Source of the DNA: Mytilus trossulus
Taxonomy: Eukaryota
Direction: 5' to 3'
DNA: 64,000 nt
Assembly (NCBI RefSeq): GCF_036588685.1
Contig: NC_086382.1
Coordinates: 76,942,001 to 77,006,000 of the forward strand
In this document: piece by piece, positions 52,972 to 64,000 of the stretch
How the letters are laid out: each line of letters starts with the position of its first letter
Position numbering within the stretch: position 1 is the first letter of the stretch
Made by a program: the position numbers and the translations under genes
Notes under the pieces: model-generated
What the model was told of the DNA's origin: nothing
The model's input: the letters and a program-made list of their open reading frames with translations, nothing else
The model's database searches: none

Positions 52972-54955
52972 AACAAAATTGGTACCGTTGATTTTATTTG
53001 AAGCAATATAAGTTATGTCTATATCTGTATTCATTACGTAAGATTGAACCTGTGTTTTGAATGGTCCCCTGCTAAAACATTTCGAGAATAAACCAATTTT
53101 ATTTTAATCAATTTTCTAAATTTATATACTTAGTTCAAGAGGGGAAAATTTATTTCATTAGTATAAATATTCTGCATAGTGCTGACTGTCAAAATCATAA
53201 AAATAAGCATCGAATCAAACTCATGGAGAAGACTGAAATATAACGGTTAAAATTTACATTGAACCGCGAATCAAAACTTGTGAAGAGAATATTGAATCAA
53301 AACTCATTTCGAAGACAGATAATGATGGTTTGATTAATAGTGAATCGCGTACCAAAAACAACGAAAAGACAACAAACATGAGGACCACTAGTTAAAAGCT
53401 GCAATGAAAATGTTTTTTCGCTAAATACAGTAATTTTATCATTACTTATGGAGGCATGTCTTTGTAATACGTTCTTTTTGTTTTTACCAATATGCTGTTG
53501 GTTATGAAATAATGAACTTTGATTTGATCCCACCAATGATGTATATAACTGTATTAGTATTATATTCGTGTCTATAGTTACATCTTTATGCATGTATGTT
53601 TTTGTCACTTTTGTATCTTTTTGCTAATCAAAAGTATCTGATCAATGAATCATTTTCACATTTTACTTTACTGGACTCGAGGTCTCTTTTGTTTTTGTCT
53701 AATGAGAAATTATTTTCTTCAAGGTGCCGTTCGTATTATTTTTTGTTTAGCTTGCTTTTTTTTTTAATTTCTGCCACATCAATTTTTTCATGACGGTCTA
53801 GTATTGGCAACAAAACCTCGATCAGATGCCTGGTTGCCAGAGAGTTAACGTCATGTTGAGGGTTTTTATTTATTGACGCAAAAGCCAGAACAATGTATCA
53901 CATAATATATGCCCTTACTGTATGTTACAAACATACATCATTATAATCTGAAATTAGATTTGTCTGCACGAATGTATTTTTTTTTTACATTTGCTTATAA
54001 ACAACTTAACCACACTGTAACCAAATACACTTTTTCAGTAAGTAATATGTAACCAAATACATTTTTTAAGTAAGTAATCATATTAAGGAAAATTACATTA
54101 TTGTGGAGCAACTTTTATTTGTGGGTATCAGTTTTCCTGGTTACGGCAAAAAAACAGTTACCTGTTCATTGGTTTCTAAATTTTCGAAAAGAACCATTAT
54201 AAAGTGACTAATTTCAACTACGAATATTCGTGATGTTATATCTTATGTTTTATAATGAAGTGTGGGACACTGTAAGATCAGGTGTTAAAAAGAATAAGAA
54301 GTAAAATCACAAAAATACTGAACTCCGAGGAAAATTTCACTCACTTGTTCTTTTTTCATTTCTAACAGCTTTTGCAAATTAGCAGATTTATCTATGTTTA
54401 CAAAATAAGGGCAAATGATACCAGAGGGACATTTAAACTCACAGATTGAAAATGAACTTACAACTACACGCACTGCGTTATATTATACGAAAATATGTAT
54501 TTATTAACATAATGGATTTATAGTGGATATATGACACAAGTTAAAAATATGTCAACATAAGATAGATACTGTATCAGAAAACGCTAAGTATAACTCATCT
54601 AAATCATGTGATAAATCAGCAAAGAAGAAAAAAGAAAAATAACATAGAATCATCTAACAAAAACCTGATAATATATCAAATACAATATAATAAAGAGACA
54701 ATTTTCATGTGTACAATTTCTAAATTTATGACGTCACTGGTACCTTTAAACTTTCTTTTTAGAGAATGTATCAAACGTTTTTGGTATCTCACTTGATCGA
54801 TAGAGGGTTTTCTTTGTAAATTGTTTGAATGTATTTCAAATTTCCTCGATATTTTTATGGAATATCGAATAAACGATCTAATTATATTGAATGTCTTAAT
54901 ATTAGTGTTTATAAATTAGTATAAAAACCATGGAAAAAAAATGTTTTTTCTGAAT

Positions 54956-56032
54956 TCATTTCATAACCGATATAATTTCATCCAGAACTCGTGACATATT
55001 CAATGTCTGACCTTTGATAACCTGGTCATCTAATTTCCAATCGCTGTTCCTTGTGTCGTAGTAGGTATCAAGAACATTCATCGACCAAGGGATCGGTTTG
55101 ATTACTTGGACAAAATATTTTCCAAAATTAATGATTTCCGATTGGTTCAAGTCCCCGAATTCATTAGCTTGTGGCATCCAAGCACCAAGATAAGTGGTCA
55201 AATTGTAAAATGATGTAAAATAGTTTGCATATCCGATGGCAAGCATGACATTACTTTTTCCAAAATCGTCGCCAGTCCCAGACCAATATTTTTGACCTGG
55301 ATTTCCGTCGTTCGTTAGTTTTTTATTTGGTCCGGATGCATAGATATGCCACTCTGCCATCATATAAGGATCGTTTTTATAAATATTTTGGTCGATTTCT
55401 TCTAATCCTTTAGCAGTTTTCTTTGGAGAACCTAGAATCAGCATCCGTTTATCATTCTTTCCGCCGGATTTTCTTATCTTTTTTACGACAGCAGATGTCC
55501 AGTCGTTGTATTTTGCTGTGTTTTCTCTGAGACTTTGTGCGCACTCATTTTCACATGAGTCGACTCCTAGTTCTGTAAATAGGTTGAATGAAAGTCTGTA
55601 GTCCTTATCTTTCAGCTTTTCAGCAACTCGTCTCCACCACTTCAAATAATTGGTTCGATGTGATTCAGTAGCGAAAGCTTCGGCCTCGTGATGGATCCAA
55701 GAAATTATTGGAGCAATGTTCGTAGCAAGACAATCGTTCACGACAGTCTCTAAATTATCCAAAAAGATAGCCATGTTTAAATTGTCAAGATCTGCTCTAC
55801 ATCTTAATCGTACATTTCTAAAACCTCGTTCATAAATATCAGCTAAGTTTTTCTTGTTGTATTTCTTGAAATTGAGGGTTTTGAAATAATTCGTGGAAAA
55901 TCCTTGAGCTATCTTCTTCTGGTATTTAGTTGGTGTATATGGATTATGTCTGGCTAAAGAATCTTTCAAACAGAATGCACATATGATAACTAATACCACA
56001 ATTGTCATCATTTTAGGATGTATCTGGAACAT
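54956..56032 (-). CDS. Secreted GH5-like protein, copy 3 (inverted)
   Basis: Translation identical to copy 1. Confidence 0.88.
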   Translation of the reverse strand: MFQIHPKMMTIVVLVIICAFCLKDSLARHNPYTPTKYQKKIAQGFSTNYFKTLNFKKYNKKNLADIYERGFRNVRLRCRADLDNLNMAIFLDNLETVVNDCLATNIAPIISWIHHEAEAFATESHRTNYLKWWRRVAEKLKDKDYRLSFNLFTELGVDSCENECAQSLRENTAKYNDWTSAVVKKIRKSGGKNDKRMLILGSPKKTAKGLEEIDQNIYKNDPYMMAEWHIYASGPNKKLTNDGNPGQKYWSGTGDDFGKSNVMLAIGYANYFTSFYNLTTYLGAWMPQANEFGDLNQSEIINFGKYFVQVIKPIPWSMNVLDTYYDTRNSDWKLDDQVIKGQTLNMSRVLDEIISVMK

Positions 56033-58845
56033 TATAACGTATTCTTTAGGTGCTGAAAAACAAACAAACGCATAAGTATTTGAGCTTTTGACATTTTATG
56101 ACTTTTGATAAGGATTTTATCTAGAAATTGACAAAAGGGTCGGTTGAAATCAAAACTTTACGACAAAATGTTAATTTCAGCTTCTGAATTCTGACCTTTT
56201 CCAAAGTTCCAAATGGTGAAGTTGAAATTATCACTTCGTAAATCTTGCAGACGCCATCACGAGTGGGTTGACCGTTATGGATTATGTGTTTCACATGTGA
56301 TATTGGATATATTTCTTATGTCCTAACTGCAAAAAAGTTAAATGACAAAATACTGAACTCCGAGGAAAATTCAATTAGAAAGTCCGTAAACACATGGCTA
56401 AATCGCGTTCGTATTTCACGAATATGACTTACTGAATTAAGAGTATGAATCGGCTTTGTAATAGAATAAGCAATACACGACGGATTTCACATGTGATATC
56501 ATCCCATGTTTTTGTTGGGGTTAGCATTATTGGTTGAAGCATTTTAACCTTTTGTGTCTGTTTAGTTTGTTCGCACATCATTGTCAATATTATGGAATTT
56601 GATGCGACTGTCATCCAAGTGAGAGGTTTAGCTAGCTATACAACCGAGTTCAATCCACCATTTTCTAAATCAGAAAATGCATGTACCAAGTCAGGAATAT
56701 CAGAGATGTTATCCATTCGTTTGATGTGTTTGAACTTTTGATTTTGGCTTTTTTGTCTTGAATTTTCCTTTGTGTTTCGATTTAGGAGTTTTGTGATTTT
56801 AATTTTTTCTTGTCATTTTGAATGTTTCAATATTCATAAAAGAAAACCTTGTAAAATATATAATATAAAACATTTACCTCTTTTTCACAATATGAACTTG
56901 CTTCCCGCTCCAATAAAGACCCACTGTCGACGTTGATCACCACTGGAATGACAAGGGCGCTGCAGAACACAGGACTTTATAAATATGTTCAACTTATAAA
57001 AGAACACGTCACAAAAGTCTCTTACATAAAGAGAAACTGTTTTGTGTTTAAATGCATCAAGCAAGAAAAAATTAAATTGTAATTTAAAAGGTTTCAGTTT
57101 CAGATGAGAAACCACTAATTGGCAATTAAAATATTGGTAATGAAATAAAAAATAGTTAAATCTGTATTTGTCAAGCCAAACAAAAATGTCTGAGAAAGTC
57201 ATTTAGAATTTAATCAATGCGATGAAAAAAGAAAATATATAGATATCCTTTGATATCGGTTGAAATCACTTGAATAAAACAGTATGTTCTCAAGGTTAAC
57301 AAATGACTTCATAAAATGGGATAATTGTTTACCTATATCATATTTACTAAATCTTTTTTTATTTTATTTCTAAACACTTTTTATATTTTGTTTACCAAAT
57401 GTGCTTGTTACATTTTTTACTTCATGAACCAAGCTTTTCTTGATGTATAGTTTTACTTCATGAAACCAAGCTTTTTTATGTATCCTTTCAATATTCCACT
57501 GATAAGTTGACAGCTGCTGATATTAATTTATAAACAAAATGTATGTTAACATTTTTTGAAATACAATTATACAAAAGTTTTATGCCTTATGTTGTTATCA
57601 ATGGAGTATACTACTTTTTAGTGACTTGAGGATTTATCTGAATTATTCTGTTTTATGTGTTCTTGAACAAGAATTAAATAAAAAAATTCATTTGTCGACT
57701 TTTTTTTTAAACTGAGAGGAAGTAAAAAGTTCTTAAAGTTATCTTTAATACGCCAGACGCGCGTAAGTAATTAGGAAAAAAATCATTTCCCCCAAAATTA
57801 TTTTGTTTAAAAACTCATTGCCTTAACTTTATAATTTGAATTCTGTATCAAGACTCTTCTAGAAATATCTTAAAACTTTAATCTCCAAGTTTCATTTTAA
57901 TTATTAATTCGTGTCAAAAATTTATCTATGTTTTTATTTTATTTTGATTATATGCATATTGATTTATGAGCTCTTGTAGAAGATCTAGCTGTTTAAATAA
58001 ATGTTTACTTCGCACGAAAACTCTCAGAGAACATTGAAATCTACGTTTACTTGGTATAAAACTCACGGAGAAGATTCAAATCTAAGTTTAATTGTAATAT
58101 ATGAATGAAACTCATCAGAAGGTCTTTCCCACATCAATATCAACAAAATAAAAAAAATATAACTTTTTTTTGGTGCATTAGAAAGTAGTGTTTTTGGTGA
58201 CAATTCCTTCAAGAAATGTGGAAGTGTCTTAAGAAAACTGATACTGCCTCTACCTTTGACTGATTAATTTGATTGTTTGAAAATAACATAAATTTATTTA
58301 TCATAACATTTCAGTTTGACGAATATTATTTAGATTTTTCTGTTTGGCCTTGCAAGTTTTGCCCCTCTAGTACATATTTTTAGGTAACATTTAGAAAGTT
58401 TAGTGTTGAAAAGTAAGGATAGAAGAAGCGGATCCAGCCATTTTTCAAATGGGGTTCCACCTATATGTCCCCATTCAAATGCATGATTGATCGTGAAAAA
58501 TTGCGGGCTTTAACTGCCAGAACCCCCATCCCCCTTCGGTGGATAGCTTGAATAGGTATTTAGTTCTGATTCTGGCATTCCAAAATAAGGCCGACTTTTT
58601 TTAATTTGAAACACTGACTCACGAATTGGGTTAATGTACCTGGCGAGGTGCCCTATTGGCTAGGGGATTGGGCCGCTTAAGCCACACCATCCACCACCTC
58701 GAAGCTCTGGGATAAAATGGTGCAAACCTGAATGCTGGCATCTCCTGGCACTAAATTTGAAAGCTGGAAAATATTATTTCTTTAAATAAAATTCTAATTT
58801 ATGCACAAAAAAAAAAGTCAAGAAAAGTAGAAAATAATATATATA

Positions 58846-59969
58846 TGTAGGACTCAAATCTATGGCGGGTTCCAAATCTATGGCAGATTCCTAATCTATG
58901 GTTAATGTGAAGTTACAAACGCCAAACAACTCAAATCTATGGTAGATTTTTGTTTTCCCCAAATCTATGGCAGATTTTTGAATTGCGTCACAACTGAATA
59001 ACGCCATATTACATCATCCCATAGATTTGAACACCATTCCAGATATATTTTTTCCCTCGACAAAAATTTGCGGATAGTCCCAAGGAAGATGTGACCTTTT
59101 TCTAGTATCCGGAAGGAGGACGAAATGTACTGTACCGGCCAAAGCCCGCGATAAACAACGACACCGCCTTTTTTTTTATCGATTTTTATTTTAGAGAAAG
59201 GAGTTATAGAAAACATTTTACTGTCTACAGCTCGCAAAGTTTATAAAGTGAAAGATAAAAAACCGGATATCAATTTGATTTGAATCGTCATTAAATAAAA
59301 AAAGATGCATTAACGAAGAAATAAATATTACTTAAAAATTGAAACTGTTCATTTTTGTTTTATAAAAAAAGTTTGTTAAGGGACTTGCTAGACTAGTTGG
59401 TTTAATTAATGGATTAAACAGGTACCATGCAAAGATTAGAAAATGTTTATTGTTTACGGGGCACATCATTTCAATCTTGAAGTCTTTATTAAGGTATATG
59501 AATTTATCATTTACGTTTTATTTTTACCATCACGATTTGGTTGACCATTATGGAATGTTTATTTCACAATTGTTTATAGACAACTCTCCATTCAAGTCAA
59601 AATTTATAAAAGTAACTCAATACAGGTCAAGGTACGGCCTTCAACACGGAACCTTGGCTCACAATAAACATCCAGATATAAAGGGCCCCAAAAATAACTA
59701 GTGTAAAACCATTCAAACGGGAAAACTAACGGTCTAATCTATATAAGAACGAGATCGTATAGGTACTGCATTTGTTTCCATTTGCACAACATTTGCAATA
59801 GATTTGGAAACCGTGAACATAAATCCGTAATAGATTAGGAAATTACAAAACTTGCTTATGTTAGGATTGAAAAAGATCTGCCATAGATTTGGGATGGCAT
59901 GACGTCACATTTGCCATAGATTATGAATCTGCGATAGATTTGGAACCCACCATAGATTTGAGTCCTACA
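58846..59969. mobile_element. 1.1-kb non-autonomous DNA transposon with TGT...ACA ends in a (TA)n site (Ginger-like or TA-targeting)
   Basis: TIR tgtaggactcaaatctatgg.gggttccaaatctat / atagatttggaacccaccatagatttgagtcctaca, subterminal aatctatgg repeats, TATA on both flanks. Confidence 0.85.
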
Positions 59970-62167
59970 TATATATGAGCTAAATGAAGAAAACAGCATT
60001 CTTAGATATGGAACTGAAAATATTGATATCAATAACTGCTTTTATTTCTAAACAATTCGATCATGATTGCGATGATATGAATGTCTCTTGATTTGGTACA
60101 AGCATTTCCTCATGTAGAAAACGATAAATTAAACCTGGTTATAAAGCTAGCTAAGTCTCTCACTTGTATGAGTCACACAGAATTCCATTACATTATCAAC
60201 ATTTTTTTTATGCAAACAGACATGATAGGTCAAAATATATAAGGAGGTAGGGCCAATTTTTCCTGATTTTTCAAAAAGTGCTGACAGAATACAATTAACT
60301 AAGAAATAAAACAGCTTTTTAGATCGATATATCGAAACCATAGTTAATTTAACCTTAAAAAGGTTCAAAGTCCAATTAGCGGAAATTATGGTATTTATAG
60401 TTAGGGAAAAACAGGAACCCCCAACAGAAGGACATTTCAAGTTACGGGTTTTTGTGACTGTTGTAATGTATACTACCTTTTCCCTAAAAAGGAACTTGGT
60501 TTAGTGTGTCCTTAATTCATAAAAAAACAACTTTTTAATGAAAAAGTGTTATATCGCTAAATTGTATCAATAATGCTCCTTAACAAGAAAATCATGGTCA
60601 CGCATTGCCGTGGCTCCATCAGTAGAGCATAGAACTACAAACGGAAGATTGTTTTGAAGATATTATTCAAATCCCGCTTAGACATTTTTCTTTTTTTGTT
60701 AGTTAAATCTTAATGTTTCTATCATATTTTTTCGGATTTTTTTTTAACATGGTATTATATGTAACAAATGCAGGCAACAGCAATATTGTCGCCAATTCAG
60801 TACCTGTGTAAATACTAGTACTGTTTTTTTTACCACCGTCTATGCCCTGGTCCTAAGTCATCAGAAAATAAAACAAAACCACACATCGTGATTGTAGGTA
60901 AAACATCAAGAAGCTGTTGTAGCTAGATCAAAACGAAGGGCTGATGTGTTAAAATGCCAGAAAAGCTCATTTAGCATGTGTTAGTATCACAAGGTGTTCT
61001 ATGACCAACTGATGCAAGATGTTGTCCGGTTAAATATAGACAATCTTAACTTATAGACGATAAAACCTTAAAGACAAGGACAAATACAGATATACAAATA
61101 TTCAGAATGAGAATAACAGCATACCATTTGAATTTGTTCGATATTATTTGACTTCTTAACAAATTACGTGGTATGGTACTTTATGCGCATAATGGGTGTT
61201 AACAGTTTAACAAAACCAATATAAACAAATCAATATTCTTTGCCTTGGTATTTGTAGGAATACCTGTTTAAGGTGATGTGACGTTTTTTCGTGTACTATA
61301 ATAAGCATCTATCGGGCTATTTAAAACATATTTAACCTATTTTATCGAATGAAAATAATTTAGGGGAAATAGCTTTTGCTCTTTGGTGTTCACTGTATCA
61401 CAGTTAACATTACTGTAAATTCTTAATCACTACAAAACAAAACAATACTATTTTAACCGAGAAACACAAAATGGCATATAAACGCTTAAAAGATAGTGAG
61501 TACAAAATGAAAATAACCTTATGCACGATCTGTTCGTATCCTGTTTTCACAGAATCTAAGATACTTCAATACCAATCGTTTAATTAACTCAAATACTTAA
61601 CTACAATATTTACACAAATAACTTTGTATCTAAAAGTAGTCTGAAAACTATAACCTAAATCCTTAATCCTTTAATGACACCTGTGCGAGAGACTGCGGCC
61701 ATTCACGAGGGAAATAACAGTTTAAGAACAACCGTGTGGTTTCTAAAAATCGCAAAACACTTCGTTTCCGAACAACTGAAGTCACTAGACTATTACAAGC
61801 CACCTGTTGGAGGGACTGCGACCATTCTCAAGGGAAATAACAGTTTCGGAAAAAACTAACCCGGTAGCTGCATGCAATAATCGTTTAGACTTTAAACCGT
61901 TTGCTGAAAACCTCAAGCTTTCAACTCAAAATAGGTTTACAAACGTCTAAATCTAATTTCTAAATGCGCTGGTAAATGATTTCCGATGCTTAACTATCAG
62001 CAGTTTAACTACAAAAGGGCGAACTTGCAAATGAGTCGACTGGCTAATAAAGCCCTTGCACGGTCGACAAAGCCCACAATAAATCGGTGTCTATATAACA
62101 ACTCGTCTAAACATCAACCCAACAATGTAAGACCTGTAAATTTGCTTTCGCAGATTTTTTGTTTTTC

Positions 62168-62258
62168 CCTCGACGGGATTCGAACCCATGCTACTGCGAT
62201 ATCGTGACACCGAATCGCCTGCACTGTAGCCATCCCGCTAGACCACACGACCACCTTG
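62168..62258 (-). mobile_element. tRNA-derived (Pol III A/B box) SINE-like head
   Basis: Minus strand GGTGGTCGTGTGGTCTAGCGG … GGGTTCGAATCCC; no clean cloverleaf or acceptor stem. Confidence 0.6.
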
Positions 62259-62360
62259 GCTTCATAAAAATTAAGCTTTCGCTGGCCATGTGTTACCTTT
62301 GCACGTCAGTTTTAATCTAGCGGCGTACTACAGTACATGATATTTAAGGCATTGAGACGT

Positions 62361-62901
62361 TATTAGTACCAGTCATACTCAATTAAATGCCCAGCGAAAT
62401 ACGCAAAAACTTAACACGTGAGCACGGTTCAACAGATTGGTATCTTGGTGATCTTAGGAGATCTATTTTTAAGGAACTTGCAATTTTAGAGTCTGGTAGA
62501 AGTACAAAAACATTTGAAAGTTATAGTACTACAGCTATACAAACACAAAATCTCGAGAAAACTGGCCAAAAACTAATTCACCACTAAAATCTATCAAATT
62601 AGCTGCGCATGCTGGAAGAAACCCCACTTTTCGTCAGAATGTACGAAATATACAAACCAGAAAGACCGCATGAAAATTGTTAAAGATGATAGATTGTGCT
62701 TTAATTGTTTACAGTGATCGCTACTTGAGAAATCGCTCAAAATACAGGAAAGGCGCTTAAATTGGAAATACCCCGTATTTATCTCCAAGGAGAGGATGAT
62801 ATTTCGAACTCAAACCTACATATATTTACTGATGCAAGTGCTAAAGCTTACGGAGCATGCGCATATATTGCGACAGAAAGACAAAGTTCTCTTGTTATCT
62901 C
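62361..62901 (+). mobile_element. BEL/Pao LTR-retrotransposon relic (gag, Zn knuckle, RNase H pieces; internally deleted)
   Basis: LLVPVILN*MPSEIRKNLTREHG..LRRSIFKELAILESG; CACWKKPHFSSEC..RLCFNCL; LHIFTDASAKAYGACAYI. Confidence 0.85.
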
Positions 62902-62904
62902 TGA

Positions 62905-63512
62905 TGAGTTTATTTGTTGAGTTTGGAGTATTTGTATTTCAGCAGACAGTCGGTATTCAAACGGGTACTAATTGTGTACCCATTTTTGCCGATTTGTTTT
63001 TGAACTCGGTATGTAATTTATGAGTTTAATTTGTAACAGGAGCAGGTTCCAGCACAAGGTGGGGTTCGGTTGGGATTAGTCCTGAACCGTGTAATGAAGA
63101 AACCGACCTGGTTCGTATATCTTAGATGCTTGTATAGGCAGTAAACTTCAATTATAACAAAGTACAAAATGGAATCAGCATATATGTAATATCAATCACG
63201 TCATACTTAAATTTTTAAGACTATTAATGAATACAATTACCTCGGGTAAAATACCTGACACCTTTACCCTGTTGTAATAGAAAATTAAAGTAAAAGTTCT
63301 GTATGAAGCAGAATTCATTCAGAACCTTCAAAAGACAAACGGAAAGGCATCTCGCGAAATTCTTTAATTTTATTATCCGATATCACTGAATACCCCATAT
63401 TTCAGCCCATTCTTACATCTCGTATATCCCAGTGAACTTGAAATCAATAATACTGAATATACTTTAAGGCCTGCCTCATACCTTGATTTTTTTTCCTCAA
63501 TATTGACACAGT
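62905..63512 (+). mobile_element. Fragments of another PLE RT, interrupted by unrelated sequence (~63025-63380)
   Basis: FVEFGVFVFQQTVGIQTGTNCVPIFADLFL (62910-63005) and LHLVYPSELEINNT..ASYLD (63410-63490). Confidence 0.78.
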
Positions 63513-63513
63513 T

Positions 63514-63930
63514 GGATTTTCTTTTCCCAGCCATAGATTACATAAGCCGTATTTGGCACAACTTGTTGGATTTCTGGATCCTCAATGCTCTTCAACTTTG
63601 TACTCGTTTGGCTTTATAAATATTTTGATATGAGCGTCACTGATGCGTCTTATTTAGACTTGCGTACTAAATTATAATCCTGGTACCTTTGATAACTATT
63701 TACACCACTGGGTCGATGCCACTGCTGGTGAACGTTTCGTCCCCGAGAATATCACCAGGCCAGTAGTCAACACTTCGGTGTTGACATGAATATCAATTAT
63801 GTGGTTATTTTAATAAATTTTTGTTATAAAACGTTTTAATTTTTCGAAAAACTGAGGATTTTCTTATCCCAGGCATAGATTACCTTAGCCGAACTTGGCA
63901 CAACTTTTTGGAATTTTGAACCCTCAATGC
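63514..63930 (+). mobile_element. Retrozyme/pLTR-like tandem repeat, ~1.2 units (period 342), hammerhead partly deleted
   Basis: ggattttctt.tcccag.catagattac at 63514 and 63856. gcgtca CTGATGC gtcttatttagac is followed by loss of GAAA/stem III. Confidence 0.8.
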
Positions 63931-64000
63931 GATGGATATTTTATATTAATGATAGTTTCTATGGATGGAAGTCTTAGAAAAGAAAATTACTTGAGGCTTC

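Larger units (their letters stand above)
39356..58146 (-). repeat. Right arm (18,791 bp) of giant inverted repeat
   Basis: Reverse complement of 18690-37689 apart from the 210-bp array difference and a variant at 57066-57076. Confidence 0.97.

Noticed and set aside
62168-62258. Functional tRNA (including tRNA-Sec)
   Set aside because: A and B boxes are present but there is no pairing acceptor stem or credible anticodon arm. The weaker tRNA-like trace at ~60605-60680 was also rejected.

Overview
AT-rich, gene-poor eukaryotic genomic DNA. The repeat families (Naiad-type Penelope-like elements, ~350-nt hammerhead/retrozyme repeats, SINE/MITE families) look like those of a bivalve, probably a mytilid mussel; this is an inference. 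About 58 kb of the window is one recent complex amplification with the order A(1-7281) B(7282-15673) a(15674-18690) B(18691-27082) U(27083-27521) A'(27522-37689) S(37690-39355) A(39356-49313) U'(49314-49752) B'(49753-58146) C(58147-end). It comprises an 11,409-bp tandem duplication plus a ~19-kb-arm palindrome with a 1,666-bp spacer, and can be read as a DUP-TRP/INV-DUP event followed by a tandem duplication. The only credible host gene is present in 3 copies with identical translations: a secreted 358-aa GH5-like (beta/alpha)8 protein with an intronless CDS, a predicted TATA/Inr promoter and 5'UTR intron, and Ala at the position where the catalytic nucleophile Glu is expected. The amplicon also carries a decayed Penelope-like retroelement (x3) with an N-terminal GIY-YIG nuclease. 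Its two in-frame TGA codons both fall at conserved Cys positions, the signature of selenocysteine-encoding Naiads. Also present are one intact minimal hammerhead ribozyme (x3) plus several decayed ones, a 42-bp minisatellite (x4, source of the long repetitive ORFs), a 51-bp minisatellite (x3), and several MITEs with clear TIRs/TSDs. The unique right end holds BEL/Pao, PLE and tRNA-derived relics. Identity between copies was judged from the ORF track and spot checks, not a full alignment, and an assembly artefact cannot be excluded.
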